Shown here: one piece after another, positions 18,388-26,086 of the stretch
Layout of the letters: the number at the start of each line of letters is the position of its first letter
Numbering within the stretch: position 1 is the stretch's first letter
DNA from: an uncultured Alphaproteobacteria bacterium
Lineage (GTDB): Bacteria > Pseudomonadota > Alphaproteobacteria > Rhizobiales > Beijerinckiaceae
NCBI GenBank assembly: GCA_937988775.1
Contig: CALKHP010000048.1
Coordinates: 55,519 to 119,518 of the forward strand
Direction of reading: 5' to 3'
Length of the DNA stretch: 64,000 bases
Notes under the pieces: generated by a model
The model's database searches: none
What the model was told of the DNA's origin: nothing
Seen by the model: the letters and a program-made list of their open reading frames with translations, nothing else
Translations under genes and position numbers: made by a program

Positions 18388-19542
18388 TCAGATATCCTTG
18401 CGCGTGCCGGGTTTGGATTCGAAAACGCTCATCGTGGTGCGCGAGCGCCGTAGCGGCGTCAGCACCTGCACGGCGACATAATCGCCGATACGCCCGACAC
18501 GCCCCTCGCTGAGCAGCATCTCGCCGCAGCGCAGCTTGACCATCGCGTCGGGCTTGTTGTCGAACAGCAGCGTATCGCCGACTCTCAGCGCCAGCATCTG
18601 CCTGAGCGGCAGCCTGGCATCGTAGAGCACCGCATCGACATTCATCTTCGTCTGCCAGATCTCGGTCGCCAGATGCTCTTCCCAGATCGGGTCGCGGCCG
18701 AATTTCTCGCCCATGAAGCTTTGCAGCAGCAGGTCGCGGATCGGCTCGATCGTCGCGTAAGGTAAGAGGATCTCGACATTGCCGCCGCGCCCGTCCATCT
18801 CGACGCGCAGGTTGACCAGGATGGCGGCATTGGCCGGGCGCGAGATCGAGGCGAAACGCGGGTTGGTCTCCATGCGGTCGATGGTCAGGTCGACGCGCGA
18901 GATCGGCGCGAACGCCTGCTCGGTATCGGCAAGCACGACATCGACCATGCGCCGCACCAGGTTGATCTCGATCGTCGTATACGGCCGGCCTTCGGCGCGC
19001 ACGTTGCCCCGGCCGCGCCGGCCGCCGAGCAGCACGTCGATCACGGCATACATCAGGTCGGAATTCAGCGTCACCAGCCCGAAATTATCCCATTGCTGCG
19101 CCTTGAACACGGCGAGCACCGCCGGCAGCGGGATCGAGGTCAGGTAGTCGCCGAAACGCACCGAGCGCAGGCTGGCGATCGACACCTCGACATTGTCGGA
19201 GAAGAAGTTGCGCAGGCTCGTCGTCAGCAGCCGCACCAGCCGGTCGAAGATAATCTCGAGCATCGGCAGGCGCTCGTAGCTGACGAGCGTGGAATCGACG
19301 AGCGCGCGGATGCCGGTCTGGCCCGCGATGGCGTTGTCGTCGAGCGAGAAGCCGAGCAGCTGGTCGATCTCGTCCTGCTGCAACGAGCGATCGGCCGAGG
19401 CATCGGCGGCAAGCTGCGCGTTGCGGCGCTCTTCCTCGGCCGCCTCGCCGGACGCGGCGGAAGCGGGCTTGGCGCCGGATTCGGCAAGCGCCTGCTCCCA
19501 GGCGCCGCTGAGGTCGTCTTCCGTCAGATCGCTGTCGGCCAT
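18388..19542 (-). CDS. fliM: Flagellar motor switch protein FliM
   Basis: 384 aa. N-terminal LQQDEIDQLLGF (CheY-binding-type peptide), central FliM domain and C-terminal SpoA-like segment (…LRCGEMLLSEGRVGRIGDYVAVQV). Confidence 0.92.
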   Translation of the reverse strand: MADSDLTEDDLSGAWEQALAESGAKPASAASGEAAEEERRNAQLAADASADRSLQQDEIDQLLGFSLDDNAIAGQTGIRALVDSTLVSYERLPMLEIIFDRLVRLLTTSLRNFFSDNVEVSIASLRSVRFGDYLTSIPLPAVLAVFKAQQWDNFGLVTLNSDLMYAVIDVLLGGRRGRGNVRAEGRPYTTIEINLVRRMVDVVLADTEQAFAPISRVDLTIDRMETNPRFASISRPANAAILVNLRVEMDGRGGNVEILLPYATIEPIRDLLLQSFMGEKFGRDPIWEEHLATEIWQTKMNVDAVLYDARLPLRQMLALRVGDTLLFDNKPDAMVKLRCGEMLLSEGRVGRIGDYVAVQVLTPLRRSRTTMSVFESKPGTRKDI

Positions 19543-19558
19543 GGCCCCCTCCCCGGCA

Positions 19559-20116
19559 TCACTGGACCAGCACTTCCTTGAACAGCACGGCCTCGATCTT
19601 GGCGGGGTAGATCGCCACGTTGACGCGGCGCATCAGTTCCTCCTTGAGCCGGTACATCGCGGCCGAACCGTCGAGATCGGTGGCGCGCATCTCGCGCAGA
19701 TAGACCTGGAACGTGTCGAGCACGCGCGGCATCACCGGCTTGATCTCGTCGCCGATCTTGGCGTCGGCGACTTCAAGCGCGATCTTGACCTTGAGGAATT
19801 GCTGGCGCTCCTGCGGCTGCGTCGACAGGTTGATGGTCATTTCAGGCAGGTCGACGAACGAGGACGGCTTCGGCACCGCCGCCTGCGCCGCGATCAACTC
19901 GGGCTTCGGCTTCAGGAACAGCCACCAGCCGCCGCCGCCGGCGAGCAGCACGGCGAGCGCGGCGCCGATCACGATCAGCTTCTTCTTGCGGCCAGCGGCG
20001 CCGGCGCCGGCATCTGCGCCGGCTTCCGCACCCCCGGTGCCTTCGGTGTCGGCCTCTTCGGCCTTTGCTTTCTTCCTGGCCATGGCCCCGCCCGCGAGGA
20101 GTTCCGCCGCGCGCAA
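19559..20116 (-). CDS. fliL: Flagellar basal-body-associated protein FliL
   Basis: KKKLIVIGAALAVLLAGGGGWWLF (TM helix), FVDLPEMTINL..., YLREMRATDLDGSAAMYRLKEEL. An alternative start is the Met at 20083. Confidence 0.88.
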   Translation of the reverse strand: MRAAELLAGGAMARKKAKAEEADTEGTGGAEAGADAGAGAAGRKKKLIVIGAALAVLLAGGGGWWLFLKPKPELIAAQAAVPKPSSFVDLPEMTINLSTQPQERQQFLKVKIALEVADAKIGDEIKPVMPRVLDTFQVYLREMRATDLDGSAAMYRLKEELMRRVNVAIYPAKIEAVLFKEVLVQ

Positions 20117-20154
20117 GTCGCGGGCGGCCGTGCCACGACACTGGCGTGACTATA

Positions 20155-20170
20155 GTTAACGAAACGTTGA
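20155..20170 (-). promoter_or_regulatory. CtrA-box-like motif upstream of fliL
   Basis: The plus strand reads GTTAACGAAACGTTGA. The minus strand reads TCAA-N7-TTAAC, one mismatch to TTAA-N7-TTAAC. It lies 40-90 nt upstream of the fliL start candidates. Confidence 0.35.
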
Positions 20171-20219
20171 AATCCGCCCGCCACCCGGCAGATTTTGCCG
20201 GGCCGCCGATCAGGCACGC

Positions 20220-20238
20220 CAACCTGTCGGACAGGTTG
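20220..20238. promoter_or_regulatory. Perfect 19-bp palindrome, candidate GntR-family operator 1
   Basis: CAACCTGTC-G-GACAGGTTG, containing the GT-N-AC core typical of GntR/FadR-type sites. It lies between fliL and the GntR gene. Confidence 0.5.
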
Positions 20239-20270
20239 ACGCGGCAGCGCGCGGCTGGCATGAAGGGGAA

Positions 20271-20285
20271 ACCTGTCCGACAGGT
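20271..20285. promoter_or_regulatory. 15-bp palindrome, candidate GntR-family operator 2
   Basis: ACCTGTC-C-GACAGGT, with the same half-sites as operator 1. It lies 44 nt upstream of the GntR start. Confidence 0.5.
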
Positions 20286-20328
20286 GACGCGCAAGCTCCC
20301 TCAAGGCAACCGGCACGGGCGAAACACC

Positions 20329-21075
20329 ATGACCGACGAACGCAGGCACACGGCAATCGACGATGTCGTCGTGCATATGCGGCGCCATATTTCGCGCCAC
20401 GGCCTCGGGCCGGGCGACGAGCTTCCGAGCGAAATCGACCTGTCGCGCCATCTCGGCATCAGCCGCACCACGGTGCGCGAGGCCTCGCGCCGCCTGTCCG
20501 CGCTTGGCCTGATCGATGTCGGCGTCGGCAAGCGCCCACGCGTCTCCCATCTGAAGCCGGACGTGCTGCACGAGATCGTCGGCGATGCGCTGCTCACCGG
20601 ACAGGTCGGCACCGCCGACATTCTCGAGGCGCGCAGCGGCATCGAGATCGCCATGGCGGCGCTTGCCGCCGCGCGACGCTCGGCGGCGACGCTCGAACAG
20701 CTGGCGGCGATCCTCGCCGACATGGCCGCGACCCTGCACGATCTCGACGCCTATGCCGATCTCGACTTCCGCTTTCACGGCCTGCTGGCGGAAGCGACCG
20801 GCAACGCCTTCTATGTCTTCCTGGTCAATGGCTGCCATGGCGCCTTCCGGGATTCCATGGCGATCGGCCATGGCAGCCGCCGCGACGCGGCCGAATTGCG
20901 CCATGTCCAGGCATTGCACGCGCGCATTTTCGAGGCCGTGCGCCGCGGCGATGCGCATGCCGCCGGCGCCGCCATGCAGGCGCATTTCACCGACGCGATC
21001 GCCGCCGTGAACCGGCGCCGCGCCACCAACCAAGCCACCAGCCCCACCATCAAACCCCGAGGAGAACCCCGATGA
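20329..21075 (+). CDS. GntR-family transcriptional regulator (FadR/FCD subfamily)
   Basis: An internal ATG of ORF 20065..21075 gives MTDERRHTAIDDVVVHMRRHISRHGLGPGDELPSEIDLSRHLGISRTTVREASRRLSALGLI (wHTH), followed by a helical FCD-like C-terminal domain. Confidence 0.85.
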   Translation: MTDERRHTAIDDVVVHMRRHISRHGLGPGDELPSEIDLSRHLGISRTTVREASRRLSALGLIDVGVGKRPRVSHLKPDVLHEIVGDALLTGQVGTADILEARSGIEIAMAALAAARRSAATLEQLAAILADMAATLHDLDAYADLDFRFHGLLAEATGNAFYVFLVNGCHGAFRDSMAIGHGSRRDAAELRHVQALHARIFEAVRRGDAHAAGAAMQAHFTDAIAAVNRRRATNQATSPTIKPRGEPR

Positions 21076-21749
21076 GCGCCGATAAAGAGCTTTTCAAGAC
21101 GGTCCGCGACAACCTGTACACCGCCGTGATCGGCGACGTGCTCGACGTTGCCGGCCTGACGCACCAGTTCCTGCCACCCAATATCCGCGCGCTGTTCCCG
21201 GACCAGATCCTGGTCGGGCGCGCCATGCCGGTGCTCGAGGCCAACAGCACCGGGACCCAGATCGGCCATAGCGGCAAGAGCGAGCCGTTCGGCCTGATGT
21301 TCCGGGCGCTCGACGCGCTGCAGCCGGGCGATATCTACATCACCACCGGCTGCACGCCGAACTTCGCGCTCTGGGGCGGCCTGATGAGCCAGCGCGCGCA
21401 CAGCCTCGGCGCGCAGGGCGCCATCCTCGACGGCTATCACCGCGACACGCGCGAAATCCTCAACCTGAAGTTCCCGGTTTTCTCGCACGGCTCCTACGCG
21501 CAGGATCAGCAGTTGCGCGGCCGCGTCATCGATTTCCGGTGCAGCATCGAGTTCGGCAACGGCGCTCGCGTCGATCCGGGCGACCTCATCGTCGGCGATA
21601 TCGACGGCGTCGTCATCGTGCCCAAGGCCCATGTCGGCGACATCATCGCCGAGGCGCTGAAGAAGGTCGCGGGCGAGGACGCCGTGCGCGACATGATCCT
21701 CAAGGGCGGTTCGACGCAGGACATCTTCGACAAGACCGGCATCATGTGA
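21072..21749 (+). CDS. RraA-family protein (RraA/HMG-aldolase-like)
   Basis: 225 aa. …DVLDVAGL…GGLMSQRAHSLGAQGAILDGYHRDTREI…GDLIVGDIDGVVIVP. Its ATG overlaps the GntR stop (ATGA). Confidence 0.8.
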   Translation: MSADKELFKTVRDNLYTAVIGDVLDVAGLTHQFLPPNIRALFPDQILVGRAMPVLEANSTGTQIGHSGKSEPFGLMFRALDALQPGDIYITTGCTPNFALWGGLMSQRAHSLGAQGAILDGYHRDTREILNLKFPVFSHGSYAQDQQLRGRVIDFRCSIEFGNGARVDPGDLIVGDIDGVVIVPKAHVGDIIAEALKKVAGEDAVRDMILKGGSTQDIFDKTGIM

Positions 21750-21778
21750 GCGCCGACGCGCCTCGGCGATGTCACTGG

Positions 21779-21850
21779 GTGCCGGGTCAAGCCCGGCACA
21801 AGACCGATTGTTTCCGCAACGATTTTGTCCCGGCCTTGAGCCGGGACCCA
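21779..21850. repeat. Two family C hairpins
   Basis: GTGCCGGGTCAAGCCCGGCAC (21779-21799) and GTCCCGGCCTTGAGCCGGGACCCA (21827-21850). Confidence 0.75.
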
Positions 21851-21863
21851 GGGAAACGGCGCG

Positions 21864-21973
21864 CCTTTCCGATCGAGATGGGCCGGTCGAGCCGGCCCAT
21901 GACGGCGGAGGAGAATAGCGCCAAATCTTATCAAGCCGTCATCGGTGGACTTGATCCGCCGATCCCGCTGCGG
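21864..21973. repeat. Family A compound palindromic element
   Basis: CCTTTCCGATCGAGATGGGCCGGTCGAGCCGGCCCATGACGGCGGAGGA ... GCCGTCATCGGTGGACTTGATCCGCCGATCCCGCTGCGG. Confidence 0.85.
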
Positions 21974-22160
21974 TGAGCGAGCCTGCGTGGGCATGGGCAT
22001 GCCCACCCTACGAAGCCTAAACGAAGGCGGCACCTTCCGGGGGAGACGGAAGGTGCCGCATGCCTGCGAGGGGACGCAGGCACCGGATGCCGCCTCATAA
22101 GGGGAGCGGGCGGCAGCCGTGGGAGCGAAAGGGCACCGAATAATCCGATGCCTGTCTCAG

Positions 22161-22236
22161 CCCTCATCCTGAGCCTGTCGAAGGATGATCCAGCCAGGCG
22201 CCGGACTCAGCATGTTTCGACAGGCTCAACATGAGG
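22161..22236. repeat. Family D palindromic element
   Basis: CCCTCATCCTGAGCCTGTCGAAGGATG ... GCATGTTTCGACAGGCTCAACATGAGG. Confidence 0.8.
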
Positions 22237-22263
22237 TCGTGGGTTGAACCTCCGCGGCATCTT

Positions 22264-23043
22264 TCAGAACGGCAGCAGGATATCCATCGCCTGCTGGCCG
22301 TAGCGCGGCTGCTGCACATCCGAAATCTGCCCGCGCCCGCCATAGGCGATGCGCGCCTGGGCGATCTTGGTCGAGTCGATCTGGTTGCCGGCCTCGATAT
22401 CCTCCGGCCGCACCACGCCGGCGACGATCAGCTCGCGAATCTCGAAATTGACCCGCACCTCCTGCTTGCCCTCGATGACGAGGTTGCCGTTCGGCAGCAC
22501 CTGCGTCACCACGGCGGCGATATCGGTGGTCAGGCTCTCCGAGCGCGTCACCGTGCCGGCGCCCTTGGAATCCGATGTCGAGCCGAGATCGACCAGCGAC
22601 GCGGCATCGGCGCCCTTGGGCAGCACCTTCACCAGCCGGCTTTCGAGGCCGAAGAAATTGCTCGCGCCCATATTCTCCTTGTTGGTGCGCGTGCGCTCGG
22701 TCTGGTTCGAGATGTTGGCGTTGTCGGTGATGCGCACGCGCACCGTCAGCAGATCGCCGATCTGTGAGGCGCGCTGATCCTTGAAGAAGGCGCGCGAACC
22801 GCGCCGCCACAGCGAGTTGCCCTCGGTATGCAGCAAGGCCGGCGGCGGCATCGGCATCGATACCGGCTTGTAGCCGGGCTGCGTCGTCGGGTTGCTGATC
22901 GCCGACAATTCCGGCGGCTTGCCGATATTGTTGAGGCGATCCATGGCACCGCAGGCGCCAAGCCCGGCGCACAGCGCGCCAAGGCCGGCAAGGCGGACGA
23001 GAAGGTGAAGCGTCGGCATGGTGTTGTCTCTTTCCCGCATCAC
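22264..23043 (-). CDS. flgH: Flagellar L-ring lipoprotein FlgH
   Basis: Lipobox …LCAGLGAC-G, then …DLLTVRVRITDNANISNQTERTRTNKE… and C-terminal …GQQAMDILLPF. An alternative start is the Met at 23019. Confidence 0.92.
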   Translation of the reverse strand: MMRERDNTMPTLHLLVRLAGLGALCAGLGACGAMDRLNNIGKPPELSAISNPTTQPGYKPVSMPMPPPALLHTEGNSLWRRGSRAFFKDQRASQIGDLLTVRVRITDNANISNQTERTRTNKENMGASNFFGLESRLVKVLPKGADAASLVDLGSTSDSKGAGTVTRSESLTTDIAAVVTQVLPNGNLVIEGKQEVRVNFEIRELIVAGVVRPEDIEAGNQIDSTKIAQARIAYGGRGQISDVQQPRYGQQAMDILLPF

Positions 23044-24023
23044 AATTGGCGCGCGCTGGCGGTGGTGATCGGCGCCGGCATCGGCTGCACACTGACGCGC
23101 CCCGCCCCGCTCACCCGGCCCTCGACAATGCGTTTCGACGTCAGGTTCTGCACGGCCACGACCTCGCCGAGCGTGCCGTTCGCCATCGCCTTGCCCTTGA
23201 CGGTCAGCGTGATGCCGCGGCCCTCGTAGGAGAGCGTGATCAGGTTGCCGCGCTCGACGAGTTGCGGCTTGGCGAGGTCGCCGTCGCGCAAGAACTCGCC
23301 GCGCCTGGCCGGGCTGCGCAAGGCCATGCCGATCAGCCGGTTGACATCGAGCACCGTATCGCCGGCCAACTCGGCGCGATGGCGTTTCGCGGTGACGATA
23401 TCGCCGGCCCTGATGATGTCGCCACGGCTCATGGCATGGGCGAGCACCGGGATGCTCGCGCTCTCGCCGGCCGAGCCGCCGACGCGCAGGTCGAGCCGGT
23501 CGGCGATGGCGCTGCCGGGAACCCTGATATGCGCCTCGAACCGGCCGCTGCGCGGATCGAGCGCCACGTCACGGGCAACCGCCGCCGATTGCGCGATCGA
23601 TTCCACCGCGAACGGCCTGAGGCTCGCATCGAAGGTGAGCCGCGCATCCGGCGTGATGAGCTGGCGCGCAAGCAGCGCCTCGCGGACCGCATGGCGGATT
23701 TCCTCGGCTGCGACGAGCCGGCCGGCGCGCCGCACCACCACGGTGGTGAAGCCGCTGGTCTCGACCGGCCCGAGCGCGTGCTCGCTGGCCGCCTCCAGCA
23801 CGCGGGCGACCTGGATCGTGCCGGTCGCGCCGAGATCGGGCGCCCGGAACACCGCGACGGCGCCGGCCGCGCCCGCATTGGCGATAAGGTCGCCAAGCTG
23901 CACGAAATTGCCGTCCACGGTGATATCGGGCCGCAGCAGCAGCGGTTCGGCGGCAGCGCATGGGGTCGCGGCGGCGACGAGGCCGGCAGCCAAAAGACCG
24001 GCGAGGAGAAGGGATTTCGACAT
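23040..24023 (-). CDS. flgA: Flagellar P-ring assembly chaperone FlgA
   Basis: 327 aa with a signal peptide and a C-terminal …GKAMANGTLGEVVAVQNLTSKRIVEGRVSGAGRVSV motif. Its position between flgG and flgH matches the Caulobacter operon. Confidence 0.85.
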   Translation of the reverse strand: MSKSLLLAGLLAAGLVAAATPCAAAEPLLLRPDITVDGNFVQLGDLIANAGAAGAVAVFRAPDLGATGTIQVARVLEAASEHALGPVETSGFTTVVVRRAGRLVAAEEIRHAVREALLARQLITPDARLTFDASLRPFAVESIAQSAAVARDVALDPRSGRFEAHIRVPGSAIADRLDLRVGGSAGESASIPVLAHAMSRGDIIRAGDIVTAKRHRAELAGDTVLDVNRLIGMALRSPARRGEFLRDGDLAKPQLVERGNLITLSYEGRGITLTVKGKAMANGTLGEVVAVQNLTSKRIVEGRVSGAGRVSVQPMPAPITTASARQL

Positions 24024-24031
24024 CGGGCCGC

Positions 24032-24823
24032 TCAGCTTCTGAACAGGTTGTTGGCGGAACTGAGCATCTGGTCGGCGGCGGCGATCACCTTGGCGTTGAG
24101 CTCATAGGCGCGCTGCGCCGCGACCAGCGAGGTGATCTCGGTCACCGAGTTGACGTTGGATTCCTCGACATAGCCCTGCTGCAACGTGCCGAAACCCTCG
24201 CTCGCCGGCACGGCGTCGATCGGCTGGCCCGAGGCCTCCGTCGGCAGGAAGAAATTGTCGCCGACCGATTGCAGCCCGGCCTTGTTGACGAAGCGCGACA
24301 GCGTGAGCTGGCCGAGCTGCTGCGGCGCGGTCTGGCCGGGCAGCGTCGCCGTCACCAGCCCCTGTGGGCTCACCGCCACGCTGGTGGCGTTCTGCGGCAC
24401 GGTGATCGCCGGATCGACGAGATAGCCGCTCTGGTTGACGAGCCGGCCGTTGCCATCGAGGCTGAACGAGCCGTCGCGCGTATAGGCCAATGTGCCGTCC
24501 GGCATGGTGACGCGGAAATAGCCCTCGCCGTTCACCGCGAGATCGTACGGGTTCTTGGTCGGCGACAGCGAGCCTTGCGTGGTGATGCGCGGCGTCGCCA
24601 CCGTCTTCACGCCCGAGCCGATATAGACGCCCGAGGGCACGCTGGTGTTCTGGTCCGACGAGGTCGTGCCCGGCCGCACGATCTGCTCGTAAAGCAGATC
24701 CTGGAACTGGATATACTGCCGCTTGAACCCGGTCGTGCGCATGTTGGCGACGTTGTTGGAAATGACCTCGACGTTCATTTCCTGGGCGAACATGCCGGTG
24801 GCGGCGGTGTGGAGCGCTTGCAT
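24032..24823 (-). CDS. flgG: Flagellar distal rod protein FlgG
   Basis: MQALHTAATGMFAQEMNVEVISNNVANMRTTGFKRQ… and C-terminal …AQRAYELNAKVIAAADQMLSSANNL. Confidence 0.95.
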   Translation of the reverse strand: MQALHTAATGMFAQEMNVEVISNNVANMRTTGFKRQYIQFQDLLYEQIVRPGTTSSDQNTSVPSGVYIGSGVKTVATPRITTQGSLSPTKNPYDLAVNGEGYFRVTMPDGTLAYTRDGSFSLDGNGRLVNQSGYLVDPAITVPQNATSVAVSPQGLVTATLPGQTAPQQLGQLTLSRFVNKAGLQSVGDNFFLPTEASGQPIDAVPASEGFGTLQQGYVEESNVNSVTEITSLVAAQRAYELNAKVIAAADQMLSSANNLFRS

Positions 24824-24833
24824 GGCGGTTTCC

Positions 24834-25592
24834 TTACGACTGCGTGTCGGCGAGACGGCTGATCGCCGTGCCGCGCAACGCGTCCATGTTCGCCATCATG
24901 GTGGCGACGGCCTGATAGGAGCGGTTGATCTCGATCAGCCGGGTCATCTCGGTGACGGATTTGACGTTGGAGCGCTCGACCGCGCCGACCGCGAGCCGGT
25001 TGGTGTCGGTCTTCGCCGGGCTGACCGGAGCGGCGCTCGAGAACAGGTTGCGGCCCTCGTTGCGCAGGTCCTGCGGATTGGCGACCGAGACGAGCCTGAG
25101 CTTGCCCTTGGTCTGGAACTGCCCGGCCTGGAACGAGGTCACGGTGCCGTCGGGCATGACGCGGATATCGCTGTCCTGGTCGGTGAAGGTGAGCGGCCCC
25201 TGGTCGCTCATGATCGGATAGCCGTCGCTGTTGACCAGTTCGCCCTTGCCGTTCAGGCTCAGCGAACCGTTGCGGGTGTAGCGCTCGGCGCCGCCCTGGC
25301 GCACCACGAACAGCGCATCGCCGTTGATGGCGACATCGAGCGGGTTGCCCGTCGTCTCGATGGCCCCTTGCGTATATTGCAGGTTGGTGCCGCGATCCCA
25401 CACGAAGGACACCGGCTGGTCCGGGCGCGCGAACAGCTCCGCCTTCGCCGTCGGACTGACGAATTCCTGGAACTCGGTCGCACGGCGCTTGAAGCCGTTG
25501 GTGTTCACGTTGGCGACGTTATTCGCCACCACGTCGAGTTCGCGGGCAAGCGCCACCTGGCGCGACAGGCCCACGAGTAGCGCGTTGTTCAT
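24834..25592 (-). CDS. flgF: Flagellar proximal rod protein FlgF
   Basis: MNNALLVGLSRQVALARELDVVANNVANVNTNGFKRR… The internal Met is chosen because it is preceded by the AAGGGGAG Shine-Dalgarno sequence. Confidence 0.9.
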   Translation of the reverse strand: MNNALLVGLSRQVALARELDVVANNVANVNTNGFKRRATEFQEFVSPTAKAELFARPDQPVSFVWDRGTNLQYTQGAIETTGNPLDVAINGDALFVVRQGGAERYTRNGSLSLNGKGELVNSDGYPIMSDQGPLTFTDQDSDIRVMPDGTVTSFQAGQFQTKGKLRLVSVANPQDLRNEGRNLFSSAAPVSPAKTDTNRLAVGAVERSNVKSVTEMTRLIEINRSYQAVATMMANMDALRGTAISRLADTQS

Positions 25593-25658
25593 CACGCTCC
25601 CCTTGTTTCCGCGGATGCCGCTCACGCTCCCCAGCGGGGCATCCGCGACAACAGGCTC

Positions 25659-25674
25659 GCAGGGACCATGCCAA
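25659..25674 (-). promoter_or_regulatory. Sigma54 (-24/-12) promoter of the flgF-flgG-flgA-flgH operon
   Basis: The minus strand reads TTGGCATGGTCCCTGC, with correct GG-N10-GC spacing. It lies about 67 nt upstream of the flgF ATG, with an AT-rich tract further upstream (25681-25730). Confidence 0.6.
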
Positions 25675-25796
25675 ACATGGTTAATTGGATTATTTTAGCG
25701 ATTTCAATGAATTAGATTTTCAAGATCTGCCGCGGCAAGGCTTCATCAACCATGATCGGCAATTCCGTCCCGGCAGTTTTTGCCGGAAGCACCCCC

Positions 25797-25884
25797 GTGT
25801 CATTCCCGCGCAGGCGGGAATCCGGAACCGCTGGCGCAAGCGGCTCCCGGATTCTCGATCGGCCTTCGGCCGCCGGGAATGACA
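25797..25884. repeat. Family B element with terminal inverted repeats (GTCATTCCCGCGCAGGCGGGAATCC…GGGAATGAC)
   Basis: GTGTCATTCCCGCGCAGGCGGGAATCCGGAACCGCTGGCGCAAGCGGCTCCCGGATTC…CGGGAATGACAC. Further copies are at 38213 and 60231. Confidence 0.85.
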
Positions 25885-25897
25885 CGAAGCGCTGTGC

Positions 25898-25949
25898 GGT
25901 TTTCCGAAGCGGGATCGGCCGGTCAAGCCGGCCGATGACGGCTGAAAGG
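25898..25949. repeat. Family A half-element
   Basis: GGTTTTCCGAAGCGGGATCGGCCGGTCAAGCCGGCCGATGACGGCTGAAAGG. Only one arm is present. Confidence 0.8.
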
Positions 25950-25975
25950 TTTTATGCTTCTTCCTCGGGCGTCTT

Positions 25976-25999
25976 GTGCCGGGCCTGACCCGGCACCCA
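25976..25999. repeat. Family C hairpin
   Basis: GTGCCGGGCCTGACCCGGCACCCA. Confidence 0.7.
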
Positions 26000-26023
26000 T
26001 GGCAGGCGTCGCGGCACCAAACG

Positions 26024-26051
26024 AAAAACGGCGGGACAGGCCCGCCGTTTC
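26024..26051 (-). terminator. Rho-independent terminator of the MCP gene
   Basis: The minus strand reads GAAACGGCGGGCCTGTCCCGCCGTTTTTCG: a GC stem plus a T-run, 36 nt after the stop. Confidence 0.75.
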
Positions 26052-26086
26052 AACTGCGTCCCGACCCAAGGCCAGCCGCGCGCCGA

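Noticed and set aside
20117-20160. TGGCACGGCCGCCCGC on the minus strand upstream of fliL, considered as a sigma54 promoter.
   Set aside because: The GG to GC spacing is 11 nt rather than 10. fliLM is an early (CtrA-type) operon in the Caulobacter paradigm, and a better CtrA-like box lies adjacent.
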